64,000 nucleotides of DNA from Ruminococcus sp. (GTDB lineage: Bacteria > Bacillota > Clostridia > Oscillospirales > Ruminococcaceae): NCBI GenBank assembly GCA_023667165.1, contig JAMPAO010000005.1:19-64018 (forward strand). The letters are read 5' to 3'. The position numbers were made by a program, and so were the translations under genes. The stretch's first letter is position 1. Each line of letters starts with the position of its first letter. Shown in pieces: positions 29,446 to 37,523 of the stretch. A model generated the notes under the pieces. The model made no database searches. It had not been told where the DNA came from and saw only the letters and a program-made list of their open reading frames with translations.

Positions 29446-29840
29446 ATGAGATAAAAAAGGGCGATACCGTTCTTGCACGGCATATTAAGCCGGAGGATAT
29501 AAAAGAGGGGCTGAGCTTTTTTTCGGCTGACGAGGAATTCATACAGGTAGGGGCGTGGAATTACGGCAAGGGAAAGGATCTGTTGGCTCATATCCATAAT
29601 GAGATACCGAGAACAGCGACAAGAACCTGTGAAACCTTATATGTAATAAGCGGAGCTATCGAGGCAAAAATATACGGCCTTGACCGTGAGCCTGTTGACA
29701 CGTTTACGGTCAAGGCAGGCGAGATACTGATATTGCTGGAATGCGGACACGGGTATAAGGTACTTGAGGACAATACCAAGGTTCTGGAAGTGAAAAACGG
29801 TCCGTATCTTGGCGCTGAAACCGATCGGTACAGAATATAA
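29442..29840 (+). CDS. small cupin-fold protein (possible sugar-nucleotide isomerase/epimerase accessory protein)
   Basis: 132 aa. Cupin motif LAHIHNEIPRTATRTCETLYVISG. ATGA overlap with the fcl stop. Confidence 0.55.
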   Translation: MNEIKKGDTVLARHIKPEDIKEGLSFFSADEEFIQVGAWNYGKGKDLLAHIHNEIPRTATRTCETLYVISGAIEAKIYGLDREPVDTFTVKAGEILILLECGHGYKVLEDNTKVLEVKNGPYLGAETDRYRI

Positions 29841-29854
29841 AGGAGGAAATAACA

Positions 29855-30943
29855 GTGGATTTTATTGCACAGATGGAGCCGTCCTTTGATTTCCATGAAA
29901 GGCAGGCTATGGACGAGTATATGGCAAACGGCGGCTGGCTGATGGAGTTTAAGAAAACCCGTGAGTTTGAAAAAATGATAGCTGATTATACGGGGGCAAA
30001 ATATTGTTCGATCATGCCCAACGGTACTATCAGCCTTTCGGCTGCATTGATAGCCTCCGGCGTCGGAGCGGCAGACGAGGTGATAGTTCCCGATTACACC
30101 ATGGTCGCAACGCCCAATTCGGCGGAATTGATAGGCGCTAAAGCCGTATTTGTCGACATAGAAAGAGATACTCTTTGTATGGACGCAGAGGCTATGAAAA
30201 AAGCGATCACGGCAAAAACCAAGGCTGTTATCGTTGTATCCATAAACGGACGGTATCCAAATAAAATGGATGAAATAGTATCGGTATGCAAGGAAAACGG
30301 GCTTACGCTTATTGAGGACGCCGCGCAATCCCTGGGAAGCTGCCGGAAAGGCAGGCATCTCGGAACAATAGGCGACATAGGCAGCTTTTCATTCTCCGTC
30401 CCGAAAATCATTACTACAGGTCAGGGCGGAGCGCTGGTGACGAATGACGAGGAGCTGTATAACAAAATACTTAAGGTTCGTGACTTCGGCAGAGAAAAAA
30501 GCGGCAGCGATCATTATCTTTCCAAGGGCTGGAATTTCAAATTCACCGATATGCAGGCGGTGATCGGAATTGAACAAATGAAAAAGCTGTCCGAAAGAGT
30601 TCTCCGCAAAAAGGAAATGGGACAATTGTACGATTCGCTTCTGAAAGACATTCCCGGCGTGGAGCTCATTAAAACCAACTATGATGATACAGCTCCTTGG
30701 TTTTTTGATATACTTTGTGAAAAAAGAGAAGGGCTGATGGGATTTTTAAAGGAACATGGAGTAGGTTCACGTCCCTTTTACCCTCCGCTGCACGCAGAGC
30801 CTGCCTACGGATATAATGAATTGTCGTTCCCCGTAACGGAGGAAATATCTTCAAAGGGACTTTGGCTGCCGTCTTCGGTAACGCTGAGCAGCGAGCAGAT
30901 AGAGTATGTATGCAGGTGTATCGGGGAATTTTATTTGAAATAA
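29855..30943 (+). CDS. DegT/DnrJ/EryC1-family PLP aminotransferase (GDP-perosamine-synthase-like by context)
   Basis: 362 aa. EPSFDFHERQAMDEY...NGTISLSAAL..DEVIVPDYTMVAT. GTG start. Confidence 0.75.
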   Translation: MDFIAQMEPSFDFHERQAMDEYMANGGWLMEFKKTREFEKMIADYTGAKYCSIMPNGTISLSAALIASGVGAADEVIVPDYTMVATPNSAELIGAKAVFVDIERDTLCMDAEAMKKAITAKTKAVIVVSINGRYPNKMDEIVSVCKENGLTLIEDAAQSLGSCRKGRHLGTIGDIGSFSFSVPKIITTGQGGALVTNDEELYNKILKVRDFGREKSGSDHYLSKGWNFKFTDMQAVIGIEQMKKLSERVLRKKEMGQLYDSLLKDIPGVELIKTNYDDTAPWFFDILCEKREGLMGFLKEHGVGSRPFYPPLHAEPAYGYNELSFPVTEEISSKGLWLPSSVTLSSEQIEYVCRCIGEFYLK

Positions 30944-30970
30944 TATCATCAGAACCAAAGAGGTAAAAAA

Positions 30971-32326
30971 ATGAAATTGATCTTACTCTCCGGCGGCTCC
31001 GGCAAGCGGCTGTGGCCGCTGTCCAACGATGTCCGTTCAAAGCAGTTTTTAAAAGTCGTACAAAACGAAAAAGGGAAAATTGAGTCCATGGTACAGCGCG
31101 TCTACCGTCAGATGAACGAGGCAAAGCTCAACGCGGCTATCACTATCGCCACAAGCGCTGCACAGGCTGAGTCTATCAAAAGTCAGTTGGGTGACAGGGT
31201 TTCCGTTGTCATTGAACCCGAACGGCGCAACACTTTTCCCGCTATCGTCCTTTCGGCGGCGTTTCTCTATTATGAAAAAAATGTTCCTTCCGATGAAACT
31301 ATAGTGGTTTTGCCGGTGGATCCTTACGTGGACAGCGGATATTTTGCGAAAATTCACGAGCTGGACAGGGCTGTGCAGAACAATGCGGGGGATATTGTTC
31401 TCATGGGCGTTGAGCCTACTTATCCCTCGGAAAAGTACGGCTATATTATTCCCGAAGACCGCGGCGGGGACGTTATGCGGGTAGCGGAGTTCAAGGAAAA
31501 GCCGGACGTAAACACTGCTGAGGGATTTATTTCCCGGGGCGCTCTTTGGAACTGCGGCGTGTTTGCATTCAAGCTGTCTTATCTGATCGAAAATCTTCGG
31601 GAGATCATTTCCTTTGATTCCTTTGGGGATGTGGAGCGGCAGTACGGGAAACTGGAAAAAACCAGCTTCGATTATGCGGTGGTGGAAAAGGCGAAGCGGG
31701 TAGCGGCGGTTCCCTACAGCGGCGAATGGAAAGATCTGGGTACATGGAACACGCTGACGGAGGTCATGAGCCAAAAGCCTATTGGCGATGTGAAATTGTC
31801 GGAGGACTGCGAAAATACTCATGTTATCAATGAGCTGGACGTACCTGTTATAGTAATGGGAGCCAAAAATATGGTCGTGGCAGCGGGACACGACGGCATA
31901 TTGGTTGCGGATAAGGAACAAAGTTCCTATATCAAGCAGTATGTGGAGGACATGGACAGGCGCCCAATGTATGAGGAACGTGGCTACGGGGAGTACAAGG
32001 TGCTGGATCTGGTGATAGGCAGAGATGGTACAAAGTCGCTTACAAAGCGAAAGACCGTAAAGGCAGGCAGTTGTATTGAGTATCAGCGTCACCGAAACCG
32101 CTCGGAAATATGGGCGGTCATCGGCGGCAAATGCATAATTACCGTAAACGACCGCGCCCATGAGGCTTTGGCAGGGGACACCTTTTCCATCGGCGAGGGC
32201 GTTATGCACGGACTCAAAGCCATAACCGACACGGAGATCATTGAGATACAGGTTGGCAAGGAGCTTATTGCCGACGGCACGGAGGTCGGAGAGGACAAGC
32301 ATGCCGAATGGCTTATGGAAAAATGA
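30971..32326 (+). CDS. manC: mannose-1-phosphate guanylyltransferase (nucleotidyltransferase + C-terminal cupin)
   Basis: MKLILLSGGSGKRLWPLSN, EKPD, C-terminal cupin EYQRHRNRSEIWAVIGG; 451 aa. Confidence 0.8.
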   Translation: MKLILLSGGSGKRLWPLSNDVRSKQFLKVVQNEKGKIESMVQRVYRQMNEAKLNAAITIATSAAQAESIKSQLGDRVSVVIEPERRNTFPAIVLSAAFLYYEKNVPSDETIVVLPVDPYVDSGYFAKIHELDRAVQNNAGDIVLMGVEPTYPSEKYGYIIPEDRGGDVMRVAEFKEKPDVNTAEGFISRGALWNCGVFAFKLSYLIENLREIISFDSFGDVERQYGKLEKTSFDYAVVEKAKRVAAVPYSGEWKDLGTWNTLTEVMSQKPIGDVKLSEDCENTHVINELDVPVIVMGAKNMVVAAGHDGILVADKEQSSYIKQYVEDMDRRPMYEERGYGEYKVLDLVIGRDGTKSLTKRKTVKAGSCIEYQRHRNRSEIWAVIGGKCIITVNDRAHEALAGDTFSIGEGVMHGLKAITDTEIIEIQVGKELIADGTEVGEDKHAEWLMEK

Positions 32327-32408
32327 ACAATTAAGTCGGCTAATGCTGCCAAATTTTTTTCAATAGAACACATACTGTTTAATCATACAAGAAAAATGAA
32401 TCGTTTGC

Positions 32409-32437
32409 TTGACATTATGCGGATTTTATGGTATGAT
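32409..32437 (+). promoter_or_regulatory. sigma-A promoter candidate ahead of the DUF115/Wzx block
   Basis: TTGACA (32409-32414), 17-nt spacer, TGgTATGAT (32432-32437), inside a 270-nt AT-rich gap. Confidence 0.55.
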
Positions 32438-32597
32438 TTATAAAGTATAACAGTTATAGCGTTTGTTTATGATACAATATAATTAAAGAAAGTATTGACT
32501 AAATCGGCTTTTTAAGTTCGGTTGTTTTACGAAAGACTGAAACAGGCAGAAGAAAAATTAATTAATGTTTTTCTTTTGATAAACGGAGGATAATAAA

Positions 32598-33464
32598 ATG
32601 GCTTCTGATACAAAGCTTTCTTTCAAGCTATGGAATATGTGCAGAGATATCTGCGTCAAGCTGGGGTTATGGCAATTCGGGCACAATGTATATACTCTCT
32701 GGGTGCAGTTTACTATGATTAAATTTAACCGTGATATGAACAGACGAAGAAACGGATGGAATGATCCTCGTTATGTGAAATTGAGGCAGTTTGAGAATAT
32801 TCACAAGGGAAAGCGGTGCTTTATTGTTTGCACAGGTCCAAGTCTTACCGTGGAAGATGTTAATAAATTAAAAGAAAACAATGAGATTTGCTTGAGTATG
32901 AATTCTATTGTAAATCTGCTTGATAAAACAGACTGGCGTCCCTCATATTATGTGGTATTGGATCCATGGGTATTTGAGCTTTTTTTAAATAATCCTATTA
33001 TGAATGACCTTAAAGTCAAATTTTTTGGCGATAAAATGTCTAATGTTGCAAATTTATGTGAGAATGACATGATGCTGCCTACCAATTTATTGGAGTTTTT
33101 AAAAATAGGATATCCAAGATCATTTTCCGACAATATATACAATGTAGTGTACGGAGGCGCGTCGGTAACTTATGCATGTATGCAGATTGCTGCATACATG
33201 GGGTTTAGTGAAGTATATCTGCTTGGATGTGATTGTAATTACAGCGGTTCCAAAAAACATTTTGATGATAAAGGATACGAGTATGCAAATGAGAAGATGG
33301 ATGCAGAAGGAAGCGTTGAAGATAATATGATTAAGACTTATCAATCAGCCCAAGCCTACTGCGAAACACACGAGGATTTCCAAATTTATAACGCCACCCG
33401 GGGCGGTATGCTGGAGGTCTTTCCACGCGTCGACTTTGACTCCCTTTTTGATAATAAATCATGA
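32598..33464 (+). CDS. DUF115/MptE-like protein (Maf- and CstII-like); putative ulosonic-acid (sialyl-type) transferase
   Basis: 288 aa. FIVCTGPSL (compare GNGPSL of CstII) and GGASVTYACMQIAAYMGFSEVYLLGCDCNY (compare SGVYMCAVAIALGYKEIYLSGIDFY). Confidence 0.6.
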   Translation: MASDTKLSFKLWNMCRDICVKLGLWQFGHNVYTLWVQFTMIKFNRDMNRRRNGWNDPRYVKLRQFENIHKGKRCFIVCTGPSLTVEDVNKLKENNEICLSMNSIVNLLDKTDWRPSYYVVLDPWVFELFLNNPIMNDLKVKFFGDKMSNVANLCENDMMLPTNLLEFLKIGYPRSFSDNIYNVVYGGASVTYACMQIAAYMGFSEVYLLGCDCNYSGSKKHFDDKGYEYANEKMDAEGSVEDNMIKTYQSAQAYCETHEDFQIYNATRGGMLEVFPRVDFDSLFDNKS

Positions 33465-34906
33465 AGAAGGGGTTGCTTGAAAAATACCGAGGATTGCCCT
33501 TATCCGTAAAGGCAGGATTTTGGTTTACGGTGTGCAGCGCTGTTCAAAACGGAGCAAGTTTTCTTTCTATGCCATTTCTGGTGAGATTGCTTACGACCGA
33601 AGAATACGGTATATACAGTGTTTTCCGCTCTTGGATAAATATTATTTCAATTTTTGCCACGCTTAAGATGTGTACGGAAGTATTCAATAACGCCATGTAT
33701 AAGTATCCTGACCGAAGAGATGAATATACCTCGGCGGCTCAAAGCATAAGCATTACCGGAGTTACAATATGCTTTATCGTGTATTTGGCGTTGAAAGACG
33801 TATGGAACGTCGTTTTCGGACTTCCCGGAAAATATTCTCTTCTGATCTTTATCCAGTTGTTTTTTACGGAAAGCTATGCCGTATGGACGGCTAAGCAGCG
33901 GTATGAATACAGGTACATGAATATGGTGATCTCTACGGTCGCTTTTTCGCTGTTGTATTTTGCAATGCCCATTCTGGCGGGGTATATGTCCGATGAAAAT
34001 ACCCGTCTGTCTGCTGTTATTTATGCAGGCGTTGCAGTTCAGGTCTGCTTCGGGTTCGGTTTTACGGTATTTAACTTTTTTAAAGGGAAATGCTTTTTTA
34101 ACCGTGAGTATTGGAAATTTGCCATAGGCTTTAACCTGCCCTTGATACCTCACTTTCTTTCATCGGTAATTTTGGGAGAATCGGACAGAGTTATGATAAA
34201 AAATATAGTAGGGCCTTCCGAAGCCGGAATATACAGCTTTGTTTATACAATAGCTATTGCTATAAACATTGTTACCGAAGCAATCAGAAATGCGATAGTT
34301 CCTATTGTTTACGACGCCTTGGGAAAGAAAGATTTTAAGGCAGTCAAATCGGCGGTAAATATTCTTCTGATTGCCGTGGGCGGGTTTATATTGATGTTTT
34401 CCGCAGTCGCCCCCGAGTTTATAAAGCTGTTTGCGACAAATGAGTATTACGGCGCAATAAAACTCGTGCCGGTAATATCTTTAAGTTCCTTTTTCGGTTT
34501 TTTGTACACGGTATTTTCAAATGTTGAGTTTTTCTTTGAAAAAAACAAGCTGGTGGCAATTGCTTCCGTTGCGGGGGCGGCAGCCAATATTTTCCTGAAT
34601 GCACTCTTGATACCGATATTCGGCTACTATGCGGCGGGGTATACTACCTTTTTGTGCTATGGGTTATACGCCCTTATCCACTATGCTTTTATGAGGAGAG
34701 TATGCAGAGAGAAGCTGGACGGTATGGAGGTTTATGATGAAAAAACCGTTTTGGTTATTTCGGTGCTGGTCATATTGGCGGCATTCTTTATGCTAATGAT
34801 ATACGATTATTGGCTCATTCGCTACGGGGTGCTGTTGGCGTGTCTGTCAGTGATAGCTGTAAAGCGAAAGAAAATAGCGTATCTTTTGGCAAGTTTAAAA
34901 AAATAA
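33461..34906 (+). CDS. wzx: Wzx-type oligosaccharide flippase (MOP superfamily)
   Basis: 481 aa, about 12-14 hydrophobic segments, typical polysaccharide-biosynthesis-protein layout. ATGA overlap with the upstream gene. Confidence 0.75.
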   Translation: MKKGLLEKYRGLPLSVKAGFWFTVCSAVQNGASFLSMPFLVRLLTTEEYGIYSVFRSWINIISIFATLKMCTEVFNNAMYKYPDRRDEYTSAAQSISITGVTICFIVYLALKDVWNVVFGLPGKYSLLIFIQLFFTESYAVWTAKQRYEYRYMNMVISTVAFSLLYFAMPILAGYMSDENTRLSAVIYAGVAVQVCFGFGFTVFNFFKGKCFFNREYWKFAIGFNLPLIPHFLSSVILGESDRVMIKNIVGPSEAGIYSFVYTIAIAINIVTEAIRNAIVPIVYDALGKKDFKAVKSAVNILLIAVGGFILMFSAVAPEFIKLFATNEYYGAIKLVPVISLSSFFGFLYTVFSNVEFFFEKNKLVAIASVAGAAANIFLNALLIPIFGYYAAGYTTFLCYGLYALIHYAFMRRVCREKLDGMEVYDEKTVLVISVLVILAAFFMLMIYDYWLIRYGVLLACLSVIAVKRKKIAYLLASLKK

Positions 34907-34932
34907 ATGTTTTTGATTTAGGAGATGATTTT

Positions 34933-35634
34933 ATGAAAACAGTTGCGGTCATACCGATCAAAATGAACAATCAGCGTACGCCGGGCAAAAACACCAGACC
35001 ATTAAGCGACGGTACGCCCTTGATCCATTTGATCCAAAAAACGCTGCTTGAATGCACTCAGATAGATGAGGTGTATGTTTATTGCAGCACGGAAGAGATA
35101 AAAAATTATCTTCTTCCGGGTGTGAAATATTTAAAAAGAAGTTCGCAGCTTGACACAGCGGAAACATCCATGAATACCATTTTGAAATGTTTTTCGGAGG
35201 ATGTCGATTCCGATATTTATGTTTTATCTCATGCAACGGCTCCGTTCTTATCGGCAGCAAGCATTGAAAAAGCGGTCAACGCGGTAAAAAGCGGCAAATA
35301 CGATTCTGCCTTTTCCGTGGAGAAGATGTATGATTTTTTTTGGAAAGGCAATGCGCCCTTAAATTATTCACTTGATAATATTCCCAGAACTCAGGACATG
35401 GAACCTTTTATCAAGGAAACCTCGGGTGTGTATGTGTTTACCGGAAATATTATCCGTGAACATAACCGTCGAATAGGAGATTCTCCCTGTATGGTTGAGG
35501 TATCTGAGATAGAGGCTATAGACATAGACACCCCCGATGATTTTATGATCGCAGACGCCGTTTACAGCTATATGCATATCTTACAAAAGGCAAATTGCAC
35601 AACGGGGGGGGGCATTACAAACAATATTTGTTGA
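34933..35634 (+). CDS. acylneuraminate (CMP-ulosonate) cytidylyltransferase family protein
   Basis: MKTVAVIPIKMNNQRTPGKN, RTQD, IDIDTPDDFMIAD; 233 aa. GGAG RBS upstream of ATG 34933. The track start at 34810 was rejected. Confidence 0.75.
   Translation: MKTVAVIPIKMNNQRTPGKNTRPLSDGTPLIHLIQKTLLECTQIDEVYVYCSTEEIKNYLLPGVKYLKRSSQLDTAETSMNTILKCFSEDVDSDIYVLSHATAPFLSAASIEKAVNAVKSGKYDSAFSVEKMYDFFWKGNAPLNYSLDNIPRTQDMEPFIKETSGVYVFTGNIIREHNRRIGDSPCMVEVSEIEAIDIDTPDDFMIADAVYSYMHILQKANCTTGGGITNNIC
35604..35612 (+). repeat. poly-G tract (G9) in the last 10 codons of the cytidylyltransferase gene
   Basis: Direct count gives G at 35604-35612, encoding TGGG. Confidence 0.95.
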
Positions 35635-35686
35635 TAATGCCCAAATTTGTTCGCGGTTCTGCCTCCATTAAAGGAGGTGAAGCGGC

Positions 35687-36418
35687 ATGAAAATTATAGG
35701 CGTTATCCCTGCCCGATACAAGTCATCCCGTTTTCCGGGGAAGCCATTGTCTGATATATGCGGTAAGCCTATGATCTGGTGGGTCTATCAGCAATGCAGG
35801 AAGGTTGAGGAATTCGATGAAATTTATGTGGCGACCGACGATGAGCGGATAAAGTCCGTTTGTGACAAAGAGGGTCTTGGCGTTATCATGACGTCGGAGA
35901 AACACCTTACCGGTACGGACAGAGTTGCCGAGGTATCTCAAAAAACCGACGGCGATCTGTATGTTGTTGTCATGGGCGATGAACCGCTTATTTCTCCCGA
36001 TAATATAAGGGCAATGATAAGCGGGATGTTCGGCGGATATGACGCGGGCATGCTTTGTACAAAATTTAAAAACGGAGTTGATTTGATAAACAACTCCACG
36101 ATTAAGCTGGCAGTCAACGACAGGAATGAGCTTATCTATATGTCAAGGCTTCCGATCCCTTTTCCCAAGGCTGTTTTAGGCTACAGTCACTACAAAAATG
36201 TGGGGGTTTATGCGTTTACCAATAAGGCTCTTGATTTTTTCAGAAGCACTCCCAGGGGTCGGTTGGAAGCAATAGAGGATATGGAAATGCTTCGTCTGCT
36301 TGAAAATCATAAGCTGGTCAAGGTAGTCGAGGTGGAAACCGAATCTATGTCGGTGGACACGCAGAAAGATCTGGAACGGATCAGGGAAAAAGCCGCCGAA
36401 ACAGGATTTCCGTTATAA
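35687..36418 (+). CDS. KdsB-like 3-deoxy-ulosonate cytidylyltransferase
   Basis: MKIIGVIPARYKSSRFPGKPL, TDRVAE, MGDEPL; 243 aa. AAGGAGG RBS. Confidence 0.75.
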   Translation: MKIIGVIPARYKSSRFPGKPLSDICGKPMIWWVYQQCRKVEEFDEIYVATDDERIKSVCDKEGLGVIMTSEKHLTGTDRVAEVSQKTDGDLYVVVMGDEPLISPDNIRAMISGMFGGYDAGMLCTKFKNGVDLINNSTIKLAVNDRNELIYMSRLPIPFPKAVLGYSHYKNVGVYAFTNKALDFFRSTPRGRLEAIEDMEMLRLLENHKLVKVVEVETESMSVDTQKDLERIREKAAETGFPL

Positions 36419-36464
36419 GAATAATTATATGCTCCGTAATGATATTTTTATAACGGTATGACAG

Positions 36465-36499
36465 GTATCGGGAAACGGCGGCTCAAGATTTCCCGATAC
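36465..36499 (+). terminator. perfect 11-bp stem hairpin between kdsB-like and SDR genes, with no U-tract
   Basis: GTATCGGGAAA (36465-36475), 13-nt loop, TTTCCCGATAC (36489-36499). Without a T-run it may be an attenuator or stability element rather than a terminator. Confidence 0.35.
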
Positions 36500-36533
36500 T
36501 GACGATATACAAAAAATATCAGGAGGAAAAAGT

Positions 36534-37460
36534 ATGAATTATTTAGTAACGGGTGCAGCGGGATTTATCGGAGCTGCATTGGCTCAAAGACTGGTAAACG
36601 AGGGTCACAGTGTGGTGACTATCGACAATTTGTCGACGGGCATAATGGAAAATATTCCCAGGGGAGTTGAGTTTATAAAGGGAGATACCTTTTCTCCGGA
36701 GGTGATCGCCAAGCTGGAAAACCGCAAATTTGACGCGATCTATCACATTGCCGGACAAAGCGGAGGAGTTACCTGCTGGAGCGATCCCATTTATGACTTA
36801 AATTCAAATGTGGCTTCCAGCTTGCTGCTGCTTGACTATGCAAAAGAAAACGGAATCAAAAAATTCATATATGCAAGCTCCATGTCCGTGTACGGAGATG
36901 AAAACCCTTGCCCGGTAAGGGAAGACGCCGATATAAAGCCCAAGAGCTTTTATGCTGTGGGTAAAAATGCCAGCGAGCATTATATGAGGATATATTCGGA
37001 GCAATACGGTATAAAGTGCACGGCTTTGAGATTAAACAACACATACGGTCCCGGTCAGAATATGGAAAACCTTATGCAGGGAATGGTCAGCATTTTCCTT
37101 GCGCACGCCTTGAAGAACAAGCATATCACTGTTTTGGGCGATAAGAACAGATTCCGTGACTTTGTGTATATAGACGACACGGTGAATGCTTTTATACTTG
37201 CCGAAAACGGTCAGGAAAAAGACTTGTATAACGTGTATACGGTAGCTACTAACCGTAAAACCACCTGCGAACAGCTTATTGATTTGATGAAAAGGTATCT
37301 GCCCTTTGAAATAACCGTTGAATACAAGGGCAGTACACGGGGCGATCAATTCGGTATTTACTGCTCGTATGACAAAATACACGACGCGCTCGGTTTTACT
37401 CCTCAAGTGGCTTTAGAGGATGGGCTGAAGACAATGATCGAATGGGCGATGTCAAAATAG
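36534..37460 (+). CDS. NAD-dependent sugar-nucleotide epimerase/dehydratase (GalE/WbpP-like SDR)
   Basis: YLVTGAAGFIGAALAQRLV, SSMSVYG, YAVGKNASEHY; 308 aa. Confidence 0.8.
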   Translation: MNYLVTGAAGFIGAALAQRLVNEGHSVVTIDNLSTGIMENIPRGVEFIKGDTFSPEVIAKLENRKFDAIYHIAGQSGGVTCWSDPIYDLNSNVASSLLLLDYAKENGIKKFIYASSMSVYGDENPCPVREDADIKPKSFYAVGKNASEHYMRIYSEQYGIKCTALRLNNTYGPGQNMENLMQGMVSIFLAHALKNKHITVLGDKNRFRDFVYIDDTVNAFILAENGQEKDLYNVYTVATNRKTTCEQLIDLMKRYLPFEITVEYKGSTRGDQFGIYCSYDKIHDALGFTPQVALEDGLKTMIEWAMSK

Positions 37461-37523
37461 TATTCATTTTTCAGATATTTACGGCGGCATATGCAGATCA
37501 ATAATTTTGAAAGGAGCTGCAAA

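Noticed and set aside
35604-35700. Idea that G-tract slippage fuses the NeuA-like and KdsB-like genes into one bifunctional protein
   Set aside because: I translated both shifted frames. They stop at 35669-35671 (TAA) and 35688-35690 (TGA), so no in-frame fusion arises. Only the C-terminal tail and stop position change.
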